DNA of 64,000 bases from Nitrospirota bacterium (lineage in GTDB: Bacteria > Nitrospirota > UBA9217): positions 288,001-352,000 of the forward strand of contig CAWBNQ010000005.1 in assembly GCA_963790205.1 (NCBI GenBank), in the 5' to 3' direction. Shown one piece after another: positions 21,201-29,597 of this stretch. The notes beneath the pieces were generated by a model. It made no database searches. It saw nothing but the letters and a program-made list of their open reading frames with translations, and was not told the origin of the DNA. How positions within the stretch are numbered: the first letter of the stretch is position 1; every line of letters begins with the position of its first letter. Made by a program: the position numbers and the translations under genes.

Positions 21201-21593
21201 CCATGCGAGGGCCGAAGACACCGCGAGCTTGCGGGCCACCGCGAGGCCGAAATATGTGAGAAGGGCCCAGACGTAGCCCCTTTGCCAGCCACCCAGATAA
21301 GCCGCCGTCGGAATGAGGACAAGCCCAACAGCGGCAATGACCCGCTGTCGGACTCCTGCTTCACTGTGCCGTGACCAGAGCGGCTGGGCGAAGGAGATCG
21401 CCGATGACATCAGCGCCACAGTCACGCCGGTCAATGCTCCGGTGAACCTGCCGCCATGCCAACCTAACCCAATACCGGCAAGTAGTGCGGCCAGGAGGAG
21501 CCACGGACCGGGCGATGCAACCGCCGCTCTCAATGACGCCTGAAAGCTAAAGGCTATTTCAGCCATTCCCTTGGCCCGTTTTGACTCCGACAT
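18225..21593 (-). CDS. Membrane-anchored TPR-CHAT (caspase-like) protease
   Basis: N-terminal TM segments, helical repeats, APDG..LPLE, HLATHG and LSACQTG catalytic dyad. Confidence 0.9.
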   Translation of the reverse strand: MSESKRAKGMAEIAFSFQASLRAAVASPGPWLLLAALLAGIGLGWHGGRFTGALTGVTVALMSSAISFAQPLWSRHSEAGVRQRVIAAVGLVLIPTAAYLGGWQRGYVWALLTYFGLAVARKLAVSSALAWRLAAAVVPKVARSPKTLSKEQQMSVELGLVIPYTYLDILLDRCLVDPSILVVLDRCKAWTKDLERLHEELVRAGGGIWVRGRQVAAAAIADPVALEFVLRCIDIPSRGKVSALLEYFRSGKPLPIPPELDFDLEGERHVTEASSPSRPPSTGIPAESPGRRSSWAILTALRRGGPRAFLSRGWAELLHGSYREAMPQLEQSVALARARYEAVAAESNLIWIAMAPSVLYEYSLTLLYLGKGLEIIGDPEAAREMYHRTFKVLDKLRFHLFCGTAMLYYAESLISACLLGLGVCSFRADDLDRALQFIKAASLIAGDTYGYSDRALAVIFITQAEVERRMGNLDSANIEPSNVSLEAAGISLSYAREILRGKPSQLEAALAVIEARVEVDRKHLSVADDRLREAVDICSVDMNIVPSVRLAALSELALLQAEMAKHDEAHSAIVECFGVLERNCAAVFSFASEAHRAAYLGDAHAVLQTLVAAAAKAPRLEDRVRAVFDGVLRNKALGGEAIAFEREDVLKARPDLESIRARVLELGMWIAARELSRPWRRIQQSAQVLVWKREQERLQAQLVHELPTMSLFARLSSVDHHRCAQALPGSSALIEYLHVYGRERRYVAFVLVAGTDAIPQLIDLGPAATIESAIAAHHHVLELGLADTHPGREVAFTVRKAIFDPLEDALKGCRRLFVAPDGAIARLPLEVLPDGVTGHLIDSFIVSYLTCGRDAIRFGASPMSPSSPPVVIGDPDFDLASGGEPHLKRLRCGPDRFERLLGAHEEAVNVAKVLGVDPIIDSDALEGRLKHIIRGPQILHLATHGFFLQDPPETKLTSALNIDPDPTVPARLVYYENPVLRSGIALAGANRWILGEAMPPEAEDGIMTGADVAGLSLSGTELVVLSACQTGLGVVQIGEGIIGLSSAFLAAGAQTVVASLWQVKDLATGQLMVTFYEALREGTPRVEALTRSRRALKEILPNPATWGPFVCIGDPGPLALPR

Positions 21594-21807
21594 CGCTCAC
21601 CTCCTTTTAAGGCAGTATTGGGCTTGGCGGCGTTGACTTCATGGCGCACCTCGATGAGCTGGCGAGTAATCCGCAGCCTCCTCCAAGCGTCCCGCAGAAT
21701 TCTGGCTGTTGCTTTGTAAAGAGAATCACAGAGGAACGAGACTGAAGCTTTATGAACGCATTCCGAATCTCAAGCGTGGTGAGAACTCCGTCGTGCATGT
21801 CTTTGCC

Positions 21808-23232
21808 CTACTGCTCAGGAATCCTTAGGCGCGCCGCTGGGTCACCGAAAACCATATAGTTCTGAGCATCGTTACGAATGATCCACGTGTCCACAAAACG
21901 CCTTTCCCCCTCAAGAGTCCACTTGAACGTGCCACTCTTCAAATTATTATAGTAACTATTGAGCACGATGTTAGAGATGCTATACTTCTTGTTCATATCT
22001 TCCATTGCCAAGCCCGAAGGTTGCACTGCAAGGAGCTCGTCCACTGCGTGCATGAAAGGCTGCATTCGCCAATGCCAGCGATCCGCAATGTATGGGTCGT
22101 TTTGGTTTGTAAAGCCCTGGAGAAAGGCGGTGTCCAAATGGCCCACGTAAGCGATGGGACCCCTCGGATGGGCGAGCAGACGTTTGGGCAGCGCGGCAAT
22201 GAAATCGGCTTCGGCGTATTTTTTGGGCATCATGCCCTCCTCGGGCAGCCAGTGAGCGTAATCGCTCTGAGCTGGGGTGCCATATCCGAAGCAGGCGAAC
22301 TGGAAGAGGACGGAACCCTCCAGAAAAGGTTCATTCATAGGCACATCGTCGGCGCAGAAAAGATCATTCATAGTGAGAGGACCGCTTGCCTGACAGCAGA
22401 TGGCACCGTTGTATTTTTTTTGCTGATCAATTGGCTCTCCGGTGAGGCCCAAACCGTGACTCGCGGTGTAAACCAATGCAGGCTTAGAACCCAGCAGCGC
22501 CTTGACTAACTCATGTTTCGTGGCGTCCGCACCCATAAGCGCCGTGGTCCCAAACTTCAATTCCTCTTTGATGTGCTCATAAAGAGGTTTCACCATGTAT
22601 TCCCTGCTGAAGTAGGTAGGATCATCCGTTCCCCCGTCAGGAGCGAACAGTATGGCCTCCCTCTTGACTACAGGATCTGCCGCGGTTTCGAGGCGGATAA
22701 CCTTTTGCACGTACTGATTAAGCTCATCCAAGCTCTCGAAATCCAGTCTGCCGACGCTAGCCACCGCATCCATTAGTGACTGTAACCGGAAGGGCAGGAC
22801 GTCAGGACCACCCACCATGAGCACATAGTGGGGAACCTTCTTGCCCGCTAACTCACGTGCAAGGTAATTCTCCTGGAGCCAGTCGCCCCACATATCCTCA
22901 GACTCACCACCAAAAACCAATGGAGCAGATGGGTCCTCCATCCCGCGATGCTGTGCCAACTGCTTAAGGACCTCGGTAATTGCACTACGGCGAGCATCTT
23001 TCTTTGCCACAAGAAAGGTCCACCCAGCCTGGATAGGGTCCCCCAAATCCTTAACGCGTCGCCCTATCTCTCCTTTGAAGGTCATGCCCCTCGATGTGGT
23101 GTCGGCCAAGGCCAGCAATGCCGGAGCATTGTGCGGCAAGGCCTCCCACAGTATGCGCACAAACTGACTCTCGTCCACTGTCTTGAATAGTAGGTCGCCA
23201 GACATTTTTTTACCGTAGGCCATGATTTTCAT
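21808..23232 (-). CDS. Gingipain/C25-like (caspase-fold) peptidase domain protein
   Basis: YVLMVGGP, VGRLDF, TASHG, FACFG, C-terminal FGDPA. Confidence 0.6.
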   Translation of the reverse strand: MKIMAYGKKMSGDLLFKTVDESQFVRILWEALPHNAPALLALADTTSRGMTFKGEIGRRVKDLGDPIQAGWTFLVAKKDARRSAITEVLKQLAQHRGMEDPSAPLVFGGESEDMWGDWLQENYLARELAGKKVPHYVLMVGGPDVLPFRLQSLMDAVASVGRLDFESLDELNQYVQKVIRLETAADPVVKREAILFAPDGGTDDPTYFSREYMVKPLYEHIKEELKFGTTALMGADATKHELVKALLGSKPALVYTASHGLGLTGEPIDQQKKYNGAICCQASGPLTMNDLFCADDVPMNEPFLEGSVLFQFACFGYGTPAQSDYAHWLPEEGMMPKKYAEADFIAALPKRLLAHPRGPIAYVGHLDTAFLQGFTNQNDPYIADRWHWRMQPFMHAVDELLAVQPSGLAMEDMNKKYSISNIVLNSYYNNLKSGTFKWTLEGERRFVDTWIIRNDAQNYMVFGDPAARLRIPEQ

Positions 23233-23434
23233 GGTACTCTCCATAATTTTATTATTATATTTTAATATCTGCAATTGATTCCAGCAAAGACAAAAATACC
23301 GATATCGTCGTAGCAAGCCCGTCTTAAACTCGACGCCACCAATCACTCCGGGTCGCCTTTCATGCCCGGAGATTGTCTAGACACAACCGTGCGCAGGCAG
23401 CCAGTATGTCTCACATGCCACGCTGTAACAATCT

Positions 23435-23971
23435 TCACGGGTTAAGCGGCCGGGCGAACAACGGTGCAAGCAGTCCGAGAACGGTCGAAGCGATGAGGAC
23501 AATGACGCCGGCCAATCCCGTGGAGTACCACGGAAGTGACGCGAACGGTGTATTGGGGAGCGCGAATGCCCATGCCACGTATGCGATGGCACCAGCAGCC
23601 ATTTCCCACAGGGGCCATTTCAAGGGGGCCCAAGGAACAGGCTTTCCCTCGGACTTCGCTTTAGTGATGTATACGAGCCAAATGACGAGAGGGGTCGCGA
23701 TAAGAAACCACCAGAAGATTGCCCAGCTCGGACTTGCTACTGCCAATGTTGTGGACGGCTGGAGAGCTGCAAGGACTGCCACATAGAGCGTGAGTATTTC
23801 GGTGGGTATGTAGGTGGTGAGGATTCGAATCGCTGCATTTACTTGGCTCTCCGGGGTGGCTTTACCACCGGCAGCACCTGCGATTTCGGCGTAGGTCTTC
23901 GGAAAGTACGTTGCCGACCCTATATCGGTGCGGCTCTGGAACGCTACCTCGGTCATAGACGCGATGCTCAT
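23435..23971 (-). CDS. Hypothetical membrane protein (3-4 TM)
   Basis: AGGAG RBS; YIPTEILTLYV and Trp-rich hydrophobic helices. Confidence 0.75.
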   Translation of the reverse strand: MSIASMTEVAFQSRTDIGSATYFPKTYAEIAGAAGGKATPESQVNAAIRILTTYIPTEILTLYVAVLAALQPSTTLAVASPSWAIFWWFLIATPLVIWLVYITKAKSEGKPVPWAPLKWPLWEMAAGAIAYVAWAFALPNTPFASLPWYSTGLAGVIVLIASTVLGLLAPLFARPLNP

Positions 23972-24290
23972 GGCGCAATCTCCTTTTCCGCATAGATATT
24001 CCCCTTCCCCAGGTCAGATCCAGATCAGCTGGAATTCAAACGTGGATTTATAGGGGATAAATTATTTAAAAAACTTTTTATAAAAGCTCTAAAGCAATTT
24101 ATTTCGTCTTTAAGACATCTTCAGATGCCAAGCGAATTTTTTTTGTTCATCTTAACTGTATGTACGTACTGCTGGCATCCTCAAAATCCCCAGTTTTGCC
24201 TACGGGCTTTATAATATTAAATTGCATCCTCGCAGGTTGTATATAAAACTATATACATATTCTGTTTAGTTGTCTGATCATGCGATAAAT

Positions 24291-24336
24291 AAAAAGGCCG
24301 AGCATACCAAAGGCATCATCCTTCGGCAGCTCGGCC
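24291..24336 (-). terminator. Intrinsic terminator overlapping the riboswitch 3' end
   Basis: GGCCGAGC...GCTCGGCC followed by TTTTTATTT. Confidence 0.75.
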
Positions 24337-24400
24337 GTCTTGGTCTTTTAAGACCCGTCGCTTTCCGTCCCCCTCTTGCGAAGGGTTTGGCTTTATCGTG
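24323..24400 (-). ncRNA. c-di-GMP-I (GEMM-I) riboswitch aptamer
   Basis: CGATAAAGCCAAACCC-TTCGCAAGA-GGGGGACGGAAAGCGACGGGTCT...GACGGCCGAGCTGCCGA. Confidence 0.9.
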
Positions 24401-24601
24401 GAATCATTAATGGTTCATGTGGGTATCAATGAAACATTCAAATCCATTCTGAATACTTTTCAGATTGTCTTGGCATATGGAATGGAAATCTATCTCGAAT
24501 ATAGCAGAGCCTGTTGATGCTGTAAAGGTTAAGGTCGGGGTATTTTTGGAGTATATACATAAAATATCAAAAAAGAGCAGACAGAATGAAGAGATTCAAA
24601 A

Positions 24602-25120
24602 TCAACTTGCTCGCTTTAACAGAGAGGTCAGTGCAGAGATACTCTTAGAGGGGTATCGTGGATAAAATCTGCCCAGGGCGATAACGAGAACCGAAAACAC
24701 GGCCATGTGTTCTGATGGAAAACCATTGTAGTGCCTGACTCCATAGAACCAGTGGAACTCCTTGACATTTGGGTGATGTAACCAGAATCTTGCGTCGATT
24801 CTGCCAACTACAAGCTTCAGGATCGATTTCAGGAAAAAAGAGAACGGGACAGCACTTGCGATTAGTAGAAAGAATTGCGCATGCTTGTTATAAATACCTT
24901 TGTGAACGTGGTAAAAATATGCTGCCCATGCAATTCCGGTAATGGCACAGACTGCGGGGAATAAAAGGTCGGGAATATCCGTAGAGAAGAAGAGAAATCG
25001 CGTATTGGACATCAATACTCTTTTGACATAAACAGCGATTCCCTTATCCAGAAAATAGTAACTGCAGACGACAAGTAGTACGGCTAGGATACTATGTCTT
25101 ATATATTTTCCCCAATTCAT
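24602..25120 (-). CDS. PAP2 family membrane phosphatase, probably degenerate or truncated
   Basis: LKLVVGR and GFPSEH (canonical PSGH); third motif missing. Confidence 0.65.
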   Translation of the reverse strand: MNWGKYIRHSILAVLLVVCSYYFLDKGIAVYVKRVLMSNTRFLFFSTDIPDLLFPAVCAITGIAWAAYFYHVHKGIYNKHAQFFLLIASAVPFSFFLKSILKLVVGRIDARFWLHHPNVKEFHWFYGVRHYNGFPSEHMAVFSVLVIALGRFYPRYPSKSISALTSLLKRAS

Positions 25121-25307
25121 AAAGATGCAAGGTCTGGCAAAGTGATTTTGTAATAGAGTGCTTTGGAAAATGAGTAAGCTTCCGCGCTAGAACAAATCAG
25201 CGGAACAGTGCTCAATAAAGAAAATTATAATCGAATTTCTCTGTAAGATAAAGCAGAAAAGAGGAATATTCTCAGCGTATGCAGATTCCAGAGAGAAGTA
25301 AGCACTT

Positions 25308-26683
25308 CACATCTGTCCAAAATAGATTTTGAATAATTGAAGGGGAAGCCTCACTTCAGGTATAGTAGGTTTGTCGAGGACCTAACTTTACTGAAGGAGG
25401 ACATCCCCGTGAACAAGTTTAGCAGTATCTTCGGACAGATTCTACAGATATTTTCGCACCAGGAGTTTTATCGTGCGGTGCGGGAGACACAGGCAGAGAA
25501 AGGCGTAAAAGGATTTGGTTGCTGGGGCCAGTTCGTGGCCATGCTATTCTGTCAGCTGGGACAAGCGCATTCGCTTCGAGAGATCTGCGGCGGATTGGCT
25601 ACCTGCTTCGGCAAGCTCAAACATCTCGGGATAGATGCTGCTCCCAAGCGTTCCACCTTGGCGTATGCCAACGCGCATCGGCCATGGCAATTGTATCAGA
25701 AGGTTTTTTATCAGTTGTTGGCAAAGTGCCGAGTCCTGGCGCACGGAAAGAAGCCGTTCCGGTTTAAGAACAAGCTGTTCAGCCTCGATGCGACACTGAT
25801 CGAACTCTGTGTGACCCTGTTTGACTGGGCAAAATACCGGCAGACAAAAGGAGCGGTCAAGCTTCACCTGTTATTGGATCATGAGGGATATCTTCCGGTT
25901 TTCGCTACGATGACTGAAGGGAATGTGCACGAAGTAAACATCGCGCACACGCTGAAGTTCCCCAAGGGTTCCATTTTGGCGATTGACCGCGGATATGTCG
26001 ATTATGAACAATTCGCACGCTGGACGGAGACCGGGATATTCTTCGTAACGAAAGAGAAGGATAATGCCGCCTTCCGGATCATCGAAAGACGAGAGGTGCC
26101 CGAGAATCGGAACATCATCAAAGACCAGCTCATTGAGCTGACGGGCTACGAATCGATCAAGAAGTGCCCGCATACGTTGCGACGGGTAGAGGTCTGGGAC
26201 GCAGAAAATGAACGTATTATCGTTCTGTGGACGAACCATCTCACCTTTGGCGCGACGACCATAGCGAGCATTTACAAGGACCGCTGGCAGATTGAGGTAT
26301 TTTTCAAGACGATCAAGCAGAATCTGAAGATCAAAACATTCGTTGGGACGAGTCGGAACGCTTTATTGGTACAGATTTGGACAGCATTAATCGCTATCCT
26401 GGTGTTGAAGTACTTGAAGTTCCGATCCACACTCGGATGGTCGTTGTCGAATCTGGTTGCCATGCTTCGTTATAATCTCTTCACCTATAGGGATTTATGG
26501 ACATGGTTGGATAATCCATTTGAAACGCCGCCTATTGTGCCATTTGCGGAGCAACTGGTAATGAGTTATCGGTAATTGGACAGCAGAATAAGGAACCTGA
26601 ATCCGAGATGATGGATTTGTCTGTCTAAAAGCATTGATTGGCGGGGTGTGGATCAGGAAATTAGATTATCTTGGACAGCAATG
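25308..26683 (+). mobile_element. IS4 family insertion sequence
   Basis: Imperfect IR (CA...CTGTCCAA); 9-bp direct repeat TAAGCACTT at 25299-25307 and 26684-26692. Confidence 0.92.
25409..26575 (+). CDS. IS4 transposase (DUF4372-like N-terminus + DDE)
   Basis: SLDAT, IDRGY, YKDRWQIEVFFKTIKQ. Confidence 0.93.
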   Translation: MNKFSSIFGQILQIFSHQEFYRAVRETQAEKGVKGFGCWGQFVAMLFCQLGQAHSLREICGGLATCFGKLKHLGIDAAPKRSTLAYANAHRPWQLYQKVFYQLLAKCRVLAHGKKPFRFKNKLFSLDATLIELCVTLFDWAKYRQTKGAVKLHLLLDHEGYLPVFATMTEGNVHEVNIAHTLKFPKGSILAIDRGYVDYEQFARWTETGIFFVTKEKDNAAFRIIERREVPENRNIIKDQLIELTGYESIKKCPHTLRRVEVWDAENERIIVLWTNHLTFGATTIASIYKDRWQIEVFFKTIKQNLKIKTFVGTSRNALLVQIWTALIAILVLKYLKFRSTLGWSLSNLVAMLRYNLFTYRDLWTWLDNPFETPPIVPFAEQLVMSYR

Positions 26684-26758
26684 TAAGCACTTAATGTTTC
26701 AACCGATAATAGAAACAAAAACGCCACATCATCCTTCAAAATAATAATGCATTCCGAG

Positions 26759-27601
26759 TCATGCTTTCCTCCGAGGCGGATGCCTGCGGCGAAGCTTGTC
26801 ACGTGCTGCGACGGCTCGTCCGCGTTGCTGCGCGAAAAAATCATAGAAGCCCGGAAGCAGGTCCCGCATATCGAAGATGCGCAACCTGAGCGAGCCGTCC
26901 TTTTTCAGCTCGTATTCATCTTCGGGAAGGTCTTCATCAAATGGTAAGACAACGGTCCAGTGCGCACCAGCGTATAAGGCGCTGTGTGCGACGAGCCGCC
27001 CTCCGTCAACAATCGCGGCAGGTGGACTCATCGCGGCAGCGGCTATTTCACGAGTTTCGGGTCGAAGGACGACGTTCCCGTACAGCCGGAACTTCTCCAG
27101 TGCTTCCACCGTCCCCTCCAGGAGTGCCCGTCTGCTGGGCTCCTCGTACTCGCTTAGCCGAGCCTCGCGGAATGCTGGGTGGGACGCGACTGATGCACGC
27201 CACGCAATCGATAGGTGAAACGCCATGAATGCCGTGTAGTCAAGGCCGGCGATTCGGATCTCATTGAACTCCGCAGGCACTGACGGTGGCAGAGGTTTAA
27301 GCCAGGACTTCGCGAAGTAATCCTCGTGTCGCTGAAGAAGTTGTTCGCATGCATCGCATAGGAGGCGCTCGCGAAATCCCTTGGCGACCTCGGGGATGTA
27401 ATGGAGATCGCGATCGATCGAAAGGGTGTGTCCTGTTGGGCCATACACCAGCCGCCAAAGGAGTTCCGGGATGATGTGGGACTGCCTGAGCTGGGCTACG
27501 CGTAAGCAGAGCCTACATCGTCCGTTCTTGTCCGCGTTGGGGTCTTTCACGGAAGCTTTCCTAGATGCTACTTCGCTATATTGCCCTCTCTCAACTGGCA
27601 A
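26759..27601 (-). CDS. Hypothetical protein with HNH-like Zn motif
   Basis: CRLC...SHIIPE...LLCDACEQ; start uncertain. Confidence 0.6.
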   Translation of the reverse strand: MPVERGQYSEVASRKASVKDPNADKNGRCRLCLRVAQLRQSHIIPELLWRLVYGPTGHTLSIDRDLHYIPEVAKGFRERLLCDACEQLLQRHEDYFAKSWLKPLPPSVPAEFNEIRIAGLDYTAFMAFHLSIAWRASVASHPAFREARLSEYEEPSRRALLEGTVEALEKFRLYGNVVLRPETREIAAAAMSPPAAIVDGGRLVAHSALYAGAHWTVVLPFDEDLPEDEYELKKDGSLRLRIFDMRDLLPGFYDFFAQQRGRAVAARDKLRRRHPPRRKA

Positions 27602-27721
27602 CCAATTATTAGGCGGGTTCGTTCATCTACGAAAATTCGTAACTAAACGACAGATTATGTAAAATTCAATATGACTATATGCTAGAAACTAGGCAATTGT
27701 CAATAACCGTAAAGGGGTATG

Positions 27722-28110
27722 GGACTCCATGCCGACAATGACAGTAGAAACATCCGGCTGCTGTGCCATTATTGTCTTCAGAAACTTCGAAAACCCTTCA
27801 CTGTCCATGGCACAGTCTTCTGTGAAACAGCGTGTCCCTTTGCCATCGAGGCCAGCGGCAGAAAAGGACTCTTTGGAAACATCGACGCCAACAATCAGAC
27901 TTTCCATCGATCCCTCCTCCGTGCAAGATTTAGACAGGCAGGAAACGCCTCCCGACCAATCCTCCATCGTTACCAGGGCTCGTTGTCCCAATCAACCTAT
28001 CATGGCTAAGGGAGGCAGGGAACAGACTGAAGTCAGGGCTCAAAGGCCTAGGAAGTAGTAAGCTCTCCTGCCTTTCTATAACATCTATATAGCACAACTA
28101 ATCGTAGGAG
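27722..28110 (-). mobile_element. IS110 family remnant: about 200-nt non-coding left end plus truncated DEDD recombinase N-terminus (27722-27907)
   Basis: GGAGG RBS; MESLIVGVDVSK...VIVGMES then loss of similarity. Confidence 0.78.
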
Positions 28111-28312
28111 GAAGAAAGTGGCCATACCCATCCAAATACGCATTCAGGAAATAATTGATAGGCGTGGTGGGGACGAATTTGCGGAACACCGCTTGGATCA
28201 AGCACGCTGAAGATTCAAGGAAGGTGGTATGGCTGACACCAAGGGCGAGAAAGGAAATGATGTTGAACTTTGCTTAATAAGGGACAGGTTGAAGAGACTG
28301 CCCTGAAAATTA

Positions 28313-28885
28313 TCACAAACTGCCGCATTTTTCCTTGTAAATCAACTTCAGGCGTCCTTCGGGTTTATCGTTCATAACCTCAAGCATTATGCATCCGCTG
28401 GGCGTGCTCCAGATATCAAGTCTCTGGTAAAACGATATTTCCTCAGGTTTTGCTGATTTCGACGGCGTCCCGAACTCCGAGACCAAGACATTGAGAAACT
28501 CTTTGTAAGTGTCCAAAAGGTTATCGCGCGTTTTTAATTGGTTTTGTTCAATCTTGCCTTCAAATGTAATTTCGACCTCGTAAAGTTGTGAACTGATAAA
28601 TCTTAAAATCGTTTCTTTTATCGGAGGCGTGAAAAGGTCATCCTTCCTGGCGATCCCGAACCCCCTGGAGAAATCAACGCCCTGGAATTCTTTTATCCTG
28701 TTGCAGAAGTAATAGTCTCCTTCTTTGCCAACCGTGAAATAAGGCCCGCACTTATCCTTAGCATTTTCAGGTGTCATTCTCCAATATAGGCCGGCATATC
28801 CGGTAATGTCCTTCTTTTCTCTCGCACCCGCAGATTGGCCGAAAAAAAAGGCACAAGACAAGATAATGGCAATTAAATATTTCAT
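28313..28885 (-). CDS. Hypothetical exported protein
   Basis: GAGGAG RBS, signal peptide MKYLIAIILSCAFFFGQSAGA. Confidence 0.7.
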   Translation of the reverse strand: MKYLIAIILSCAFFFGQSAGAREKKDITGYAGLYWRMTPENAKDKCGPYFTVGKEGDYYFCNRIKEFQGVDFSRGFGIARKDDLFTPPIKETILRFISSQLYEVEITFEGKIEQNQLKTRDNLLDTYKEFLNVLVSEFGTPSKSAKPEEISFYQRLDIWSTPSGCIMLEVMNDKPEGRLKLIYKEKCGSL

Positions 28886-29098
28886 GCTCTCCTCGTTTGA
28901 TGTTCCCATAATACTCATTCTCTGAACTCTTGTCTATATAATCATTGCTGCTTTTGAGTTGAAGTATGAATGTTCCTGAATGACGCAACTACCGCAAAGT
29001 ACAGGAAGGAGAGCTCACCATAAACTACAATCTGTACACATCACTGCTTGCAACCTAATCATTGTCAGCGCTAAATGATACCATCGCCACATACAGGA

Positions 29099-29416
29099 CT
29101 AAGGGTCAATCGACCAAAGCCCGGAGTAGTTCCGAATAGACTGAAATTTCACGCCTAGCGCCACAAAAATGTCTCGCTGCGTGAGCATCTCCTTCAGGGT
29201 ATTCATTTGCTGAGCAGCTGGGAGCGACTCCCAAATGCTCACATTGACCAGGCTATTGGAAGTAGAATCGATCGACACGTAATAGTGAATTAGTCCGGGG
29301 AGCGCGCGCAAGGCGGGTTCCAAAATAGACCTGCCTTCTTTAAGTCTAGCAGCGACGATATCGTATTGCTGTGGCTCGAAGAAATCTTGTGAAACGCGAA
29401 CAACAGGTTCAGACAT
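29099..29416 (-). CDS. ABM-like dimeric alpha/beta barrel protein, cassette-like gene
   Basis: LPGLIHYY...VSIWES; GGAGG RBS preceded by GTTAGGC (29444-29450). Confidence 0.6.
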   Translation of the reverse strand: MSEPVVRVSQDFFEPQQYDIVAARLKEGRSILEPALRALPGLIHYYVSIDSTSNSLVNVSIWESLPAAQQMNTLKEMLTQRDIFVALGVKFQSIRNYSGLWSIDP

Positions 29417-29597
29417 AGGACCTCCGAGTAAAAAACGGATGATGCCTAACAAGTGGCCTTCTCACGAATATAAATCCAATCATGATTTAATTCTTATATA
29501 GCGTGTAAGGGTTGTCGTCTCAATCCTTATTGATTGTGGGTAGCTGCATGCGGTCAAAAAAACATAAACCACGTATAGAAATGACAATGGCAATGCA

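Noticed and set aside
21607..21798. 63-aa ORF between the two proteases as a peptide substrate
   Set aside because: No convincing RBS or motif; cannot be distinguished from chance
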